From Vampirovibrionales bacterium (GTDB lineage: Bacteria > Cyanobacteriota > Vampirovibrionia > Vampirovibrionales > JAJTHC01): a stretch of DNA of 64,000 bases. Within the stretch, counting starts at the first letter, position 1. Each line of letters starts with the position of its first letter. The notes beneath the pieces were generated by a model that had not been told where the DNA came from, ran no database searches, and worked only from the letters and a program-made list of their open reading frames with translations. Of the stretch, positions 60,751-64,000 are shown piece by piece. The stretch covers positions 733-64,732 of the forward strand of contig JBJTUH010000131.1 of NCBI GenBank assembly GCA_046080605.1. Direction: 5' to 3'. The position numbers and the translations under genes are program-made.

Positions 60751-62817
60751 ATGTACCCTTTTGATGAGTTTGCTATGATTTGGTCGAACCTCCCTCTCTC
60801 TCTCTCCCATAGCCCACTCGCTCACGCAGTCCCTCACGTGAGACGAGCCGAAGCATGGGGAAGTCAGCTCTTAGCACGATACCACCAAGGGCATACGTCT
60901 CCTGCCATGGCTGGGTTTCAAACCCTAAGTACCGATGTGTTTCAGCCTTCAACCCCTCAAGCACGTTTCAGTGCCTCTTCTGAGGACACCACACAAAAGC
61001 CCGTTCGTGAGCTTCCCGGCAAACCCTCACGCTTCCAAGGGTACCCACAAGCTTCATCCAATCTTTCACCCAGTGCATGGAGCTTCATTGCAAGCCTCAC
61101 ACGCCCCGTGTTACCTGTGGTAAACACTCAAGCCACTATGCGTTTTGGGGTACAAAACCCTCCAGAGGGTCAGGCACTTCCTGCATCGCTTGCGGGTACG
61201 GCACAAGAAACTGCCCTCAGCCCCCAAGGCATTAGTGCCTCTTCCGCCTCCATGGTGACAGAGCAAGAACTTGCACAAAAACTCCCAGGCAGTGAGCAGG
61301 AATCAAGTCAACAACGTATGATTATGTATCAACGTATTGAGGCACTACTTCCCCCTGAAACCAAGCCCTTACTGAAACAACTTTTAGAGGCAGGTGCGCT
61401 CAATGATAACAAAACCGACTTTGACCAAAAAACCTCGGCACTCGCCTATTTATATGCCATTGCCACACGTCCACGTGCCTATGGTTTAAAAAATAAGGTC
61501 ATTGTCAACGAGCTTGTGACATTGCTTGCCAAACCCGACCAAATGAATCAGCGTTTCGAGCAGCTTGACCCCCAAGCCATGCAAGCCATTCAGCAGTCCA
61601 TGCAAGCCCCTGGTCTCAGTGTGGCAGGACGGGCAGATGCCCCCATGCCCATGGATATGAATAACCTACAGGTTGCTCATGGTGCCACGTGTGTACCTGC
61701 AAGCGTGATGGCACGTGAGGCTGGGTATAGCCGTAATCCTGCCGAGTTTATTCGTCATATCAGTGAGCTTACTAGCCCATTGGCAGCCACGTATGAAAAA
61801 GCCAAACTGAGTGAAATTTCACCCGATGACCCCTCGAAAGCACTTGAAGTACTCAAGGCAAACAATATCAATTTTGTACAAACCGCACAAGATGAAGTCG
61901 CCGTACTTCTAAGAGCCCCCAAATGGGCATATATTCGTGCAGAAAAAGCAGGGGAACAGCGTAGCCCTCAAACCAGAGGTATGGTGGAGTCCTTGTATCA
62001 GTCCACCCTTGCCTATACCTTTACAGGCGGAAGCTATGGTCCTGATGACTTGCGGGATAATTTAGATGGTATGGTCGTGATTGCACAAAACCTACAAAGC
62101 CTCACGCCTGAACAAAAACAAGAAATCATCACACGGTTTAATACTTCAGGAGGGCCCGCAAAGCTTCAAAAAGAAGTATGGGAACTCATTGACACGTGGC
62201 AAAACATCAGCCCGCAAGATAAACAAACCTTGAAACGAGCTTTACTAGACCGTAATAAGGGACTCAGCCCTGACCAAAAAACCTTAATGGAACGTACCGT
62301 AGGCGATGATAAAAGCTTCATCAACGTGAATTATCAGGTCATTGCACCCAAGCCTAACCCTAAGCCAGGGGAAGAAACCAAAACCTACCTTTGGGGCTAC
62401 ACTCGTGGCTTTGAAGACACCACGAAAGACCTTTTAGGGTCTCTCCAACGGGGTACCCCTGTGATTATTGGCGTGATGGAAACCTCTCCTGGGGGGGTTG
62501 ATTACAACGGCACACGTCGTAAGTCTGGTGAAACCTACGACGGCAACGGTCATGAAATGCTGGTTGTAGGGGCCCAACAAAACACGAAAACCAACGACCT
62601 AGAGTTTATCTTAGTAGACACCGATGATGGCATTCCTCATGCACGGGTGGAATCTGCCAAAAGCCTCATTCCTAAAGTGAACCATGCTGGGTTACCCTAT
62701 GATATTGGGAAACAAGTGGCAAGCCAAACGGAAGCCATTGAAGCAAGCGGACAGCAACTGGTGCCTGACCAACAAGATGCCCAAGCCTACAAACTGATTA
62801 AAACCTATCAGGGCTAA
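60751..62817 (+). CDS. Hypothetical 688-aa protein: low-complexity Ser/Pro/Gln-rich N-terminus, C-terminal region with possible Cys-His-Asp papain-like triad
   Basis: No signal peptide. QVAHGATCVPASV (Gln about 7 residues before Cys). GNGHEMLVVGA, then TNDLEFILVDTDDG. Otherwise an orphan. Confidence 0.45.
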   Translation: MYPFDEFAMIWSNLPLSLSHSPLAHAVPHVRRAEAWGSQLLARYHQGHTSPAMAGFQTLSTDVFQPSTPQARFSASSEDTTQKPVRELPGKPSRFQGYPQASSNLSPSAWSFIASLTRPVLPVVNTQATMRFGVQNPPEGQALPASLAGTAQETALSPQGISASSASMVTEQELAQKLPGSEQESSQQRMIMYQRIEALLPPETKPLLKQLLEAGALNDNKTDFDQKTSALAYLYAIATRPRAYGLKNKVIVNELVTLLAKPDQMNQRFEQLDPQAMQAIQQSMQAPGLSVAGRADAPMPMDMNNLQVAHGATCVPASVMAREAGYSRNPAEFIRHISELTSPLAATYEKAKLSEISPDDPSKALEVLKANNINFVQTAQDEVAVLLRAPKWAYIRAEKAGEQRSPQTRGMVESLYQSTLAYTFTGGSYGPDDLRDNLDGMVVIAQNLQSLTPEQKQEIITRFNTSGGPAKLQKEVWELIDTWQNISPQDKQTLKRALLDRNKGLSPDQKTLMERTVGDDKSFINVNYQVIAPKPNPKPGEETKTYLWGYTRGFEDTTKDLLGSLQRGTPVIIGVMETSPGGVDYNGTRRKSGETYDGNGHEMLVVGAQQNTKTNDLEFILVDTDDGIPHARVESAKSLIPKVNHAGLPYDIGKQVASQTEAIEASGQQLVPDQQDAQAYKLIKTYQG

Positions 62818-62860
62818 AGGCTTTCTGCGGGGAAACGCTAAGAAGTCAAACAGAGGTGTA

Positions 62861-62884
62861 GGGGATACCCTTGTGGTATCCCGC
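62861..62884 (+). other. 8-bp stem hairpin GGGATACC-cttgt-GGTATCCC between the 688-aa gene and the next ORF
   Basis: Read directly from the sequence. It overlaps the first listed ATG of the downstream ORF. Confidence 0.4.
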
Positions 62885-63851
62885 TGAACACCCAATGGCA
62901 TTTTCTCTTTTTAAACGCTTTTTTGGAAGAGCTTTCACCTATACTAAAAGAGAGAGAGAAACACTCTATGTAAGTCATGACTCAGTGAGCAATTTTATGC
63001 CTGTTTTACATTGCAACCCCAAAAGCCATACCGCAGAAGTGCTAGCACACTGTGACATCCAAACCTTGGAAGAAGCCTGCCTACAAGTACACCCCGACAC
63101 GCCTTTTACGCTTGCCTGTGGTCGTGATGCCTATCCTCCTGGGCTTTCCCTTCGTCATATCATTGCCTATAACATTCCCGCCCGATACCCTACCCAAGCT
63201 CGGTTTAGATACCCAAGCCGTTGGCTACTTGGGGCAGAGGTGTATATCCCAAGCATCAGCCTCAGCACGCCGTGTAAGCTAGGGGCTGCGGTGCTTAAAA
63301 ATGTCACAGGCTATGACCTCCTTAAACTTTGGCCAGGAAGCCTAGAAGCATTTGGCAAAGCCCATGCGTTTACTTTAAGGCTTGAAAGCGCTGTAGACCC
63401 TCCCCTTGTCTCTGCCCTCTTACCCGAAGAGCATTGGCACCCTCTGGCAGTCCTCCGTACCCCTGAAAGCCTCTTGTGGCAATGTCATAACACTCAACAG
63501 GAAGAAGCCATTGCCTCTGCATGGTTTCCTCAAGAGAGTATTTACCGCTCATGGCACTGGATGGAACACAAAACCTTATGGGTTGAAACCTCAGTGGATG
63601 CCCTTCCCCTATGGGAGCGTAGACGCTATCATGAGGAGAAGCCCCCCAAGCTCTTGGATGCTTGCCCCACCCTATTACACACCCAAGCAACAGCAATACA
63701 TGCTTATGTGTTACACTACGAAAGGGTACGTCATGGGGCAGCCCTCAGTGCATCTCGCCAAACACTCTACAGGCAACTTAAAACCCTGCTAGACCCTGAA
63801 GCACGCCAACCGCTTTCCCCTCTGTTACCTATGGCTTCCTACACGATATAA
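62871..63851 (+). CDS. Hypothetical protein (Cys/Trp/His-rich), probably co-transcribed with the 688-aa gene
   Basis: ORF only. Likely start at the second Met (MAFSLFKRFFG, ~62895). No family recognised. Confidence 0.35.
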   Translation: MWYPAEHPMAFSLFKRFFGRAFTYTKRERETLYVSHDSVSNFMPVLHCNPKSHTAEVLAHCDIQTLEEACLQVHPDTPFTLACGRDAYPPGLSLRHIIAYNIPARYPTQARFRYPSRWLLGAEVYIPSISLSTPCKLGAAVLKNVTGYDLLKLWPGSLEAFGKAHAFTLRLESAVDPPLVSALLPEEHWHPLAVLRTPESLLWQCHNTQQEEAIASAWFPQESIYRSWHWMEHKTLWVETSVDALPLWERRRYHEEKPPKLLDACPTLLHTQATAIHAYVLHYERVRHGAALSASRQTLYRQLKTLLDPEARQPLSPLLPMASYTI

Positions 63852-64000
63852 ACGCCACATTACACCCTGAAGAGTGAACTTTTTCCCTCCCTTACAACCC
63901 TCAGCCTTGTGAAATCAGTCAATACCTCCATGTACAAGCCTACCGATGACGAAACCCACGCACTTTCCCATGAGTTCACCACCCAGCTTATGAGTACGGC

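Noticed and set aside
1-64000. CRISPR arrays, IS/transposase genes, integrases, rRNA genes
   Set aside because: No regularly spaced direct repeats, no transposase- or integrase-like ORFs and no rRNA-like segments were seen. The only tandem repeats are the 15-bp triplet at 15151-15194 and the ankyrin gene array.

Overview
This is a bacterial chromosomal window of about 47% GC, dense with housekeeping genes. Lineage cues are a cyanobacteria-like core order (rpsM-rpsK-[rpsD]-rpoA-rplQ-rplM-rpsI … rpmE-prfA), an SLH-domain outer-membrane porin and a YggT/Ycf19 homologue. Together these suggest a cyanobacteria-related lineage, possibly a non-photosynthetic sister group, but the sequence alone cannot prove this.

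Main gene content:
- A ribosomal/RNA polymerase cluster.
- Methionine, SAM and polyamine genes: metK, metX, metY, two tandem AdoMetDC-like genes, an ABC exporter and mtnP.
- A scattered NAD regulon: nadA, nadB, nadC, nadD and an NrtR-like Nudix regulator.
- trpBA, carA, pyrE, rimO, clpPX, uppP, hemW and a UvrD-family helicase.
- Two tRNAs.

Most unusual loci:
1. An ~8-kb minus-strand Met/SAM cassette sits between rpsI and rpmE. It carries two paralogous pyruvoyl-type AdoMetDC genes, one divergent.
2. tRNA-Pro is buried in a 31-bp perfect extended acceptor-stem duplex.
3. A tandem, recombining array of ankyrin-repeat proteins with signal peptides and a conserved C-terminal tail faces a 688-aa protein with a possible Cys-His-Asp papain-like triad.
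4. A tandem pair of HTH-WYL-WCX (PafBC-like) regulators lies near the UvrD-like helicase.
5. A histidine kinase sits immediately upstream of a Cas4/RecB-like Fe-S nuclease with no response regulator between them.
6. The long leaders of metY-metX and the first AdoMetDC carry terminator-like hairpins and may be riboswitches or attenuators.

No CRISPR array, IS element or rRNA was seen. Several ORFs in the six-frame track begin at TTG/GTG, and many listed start coordinates are probably too far upstream.
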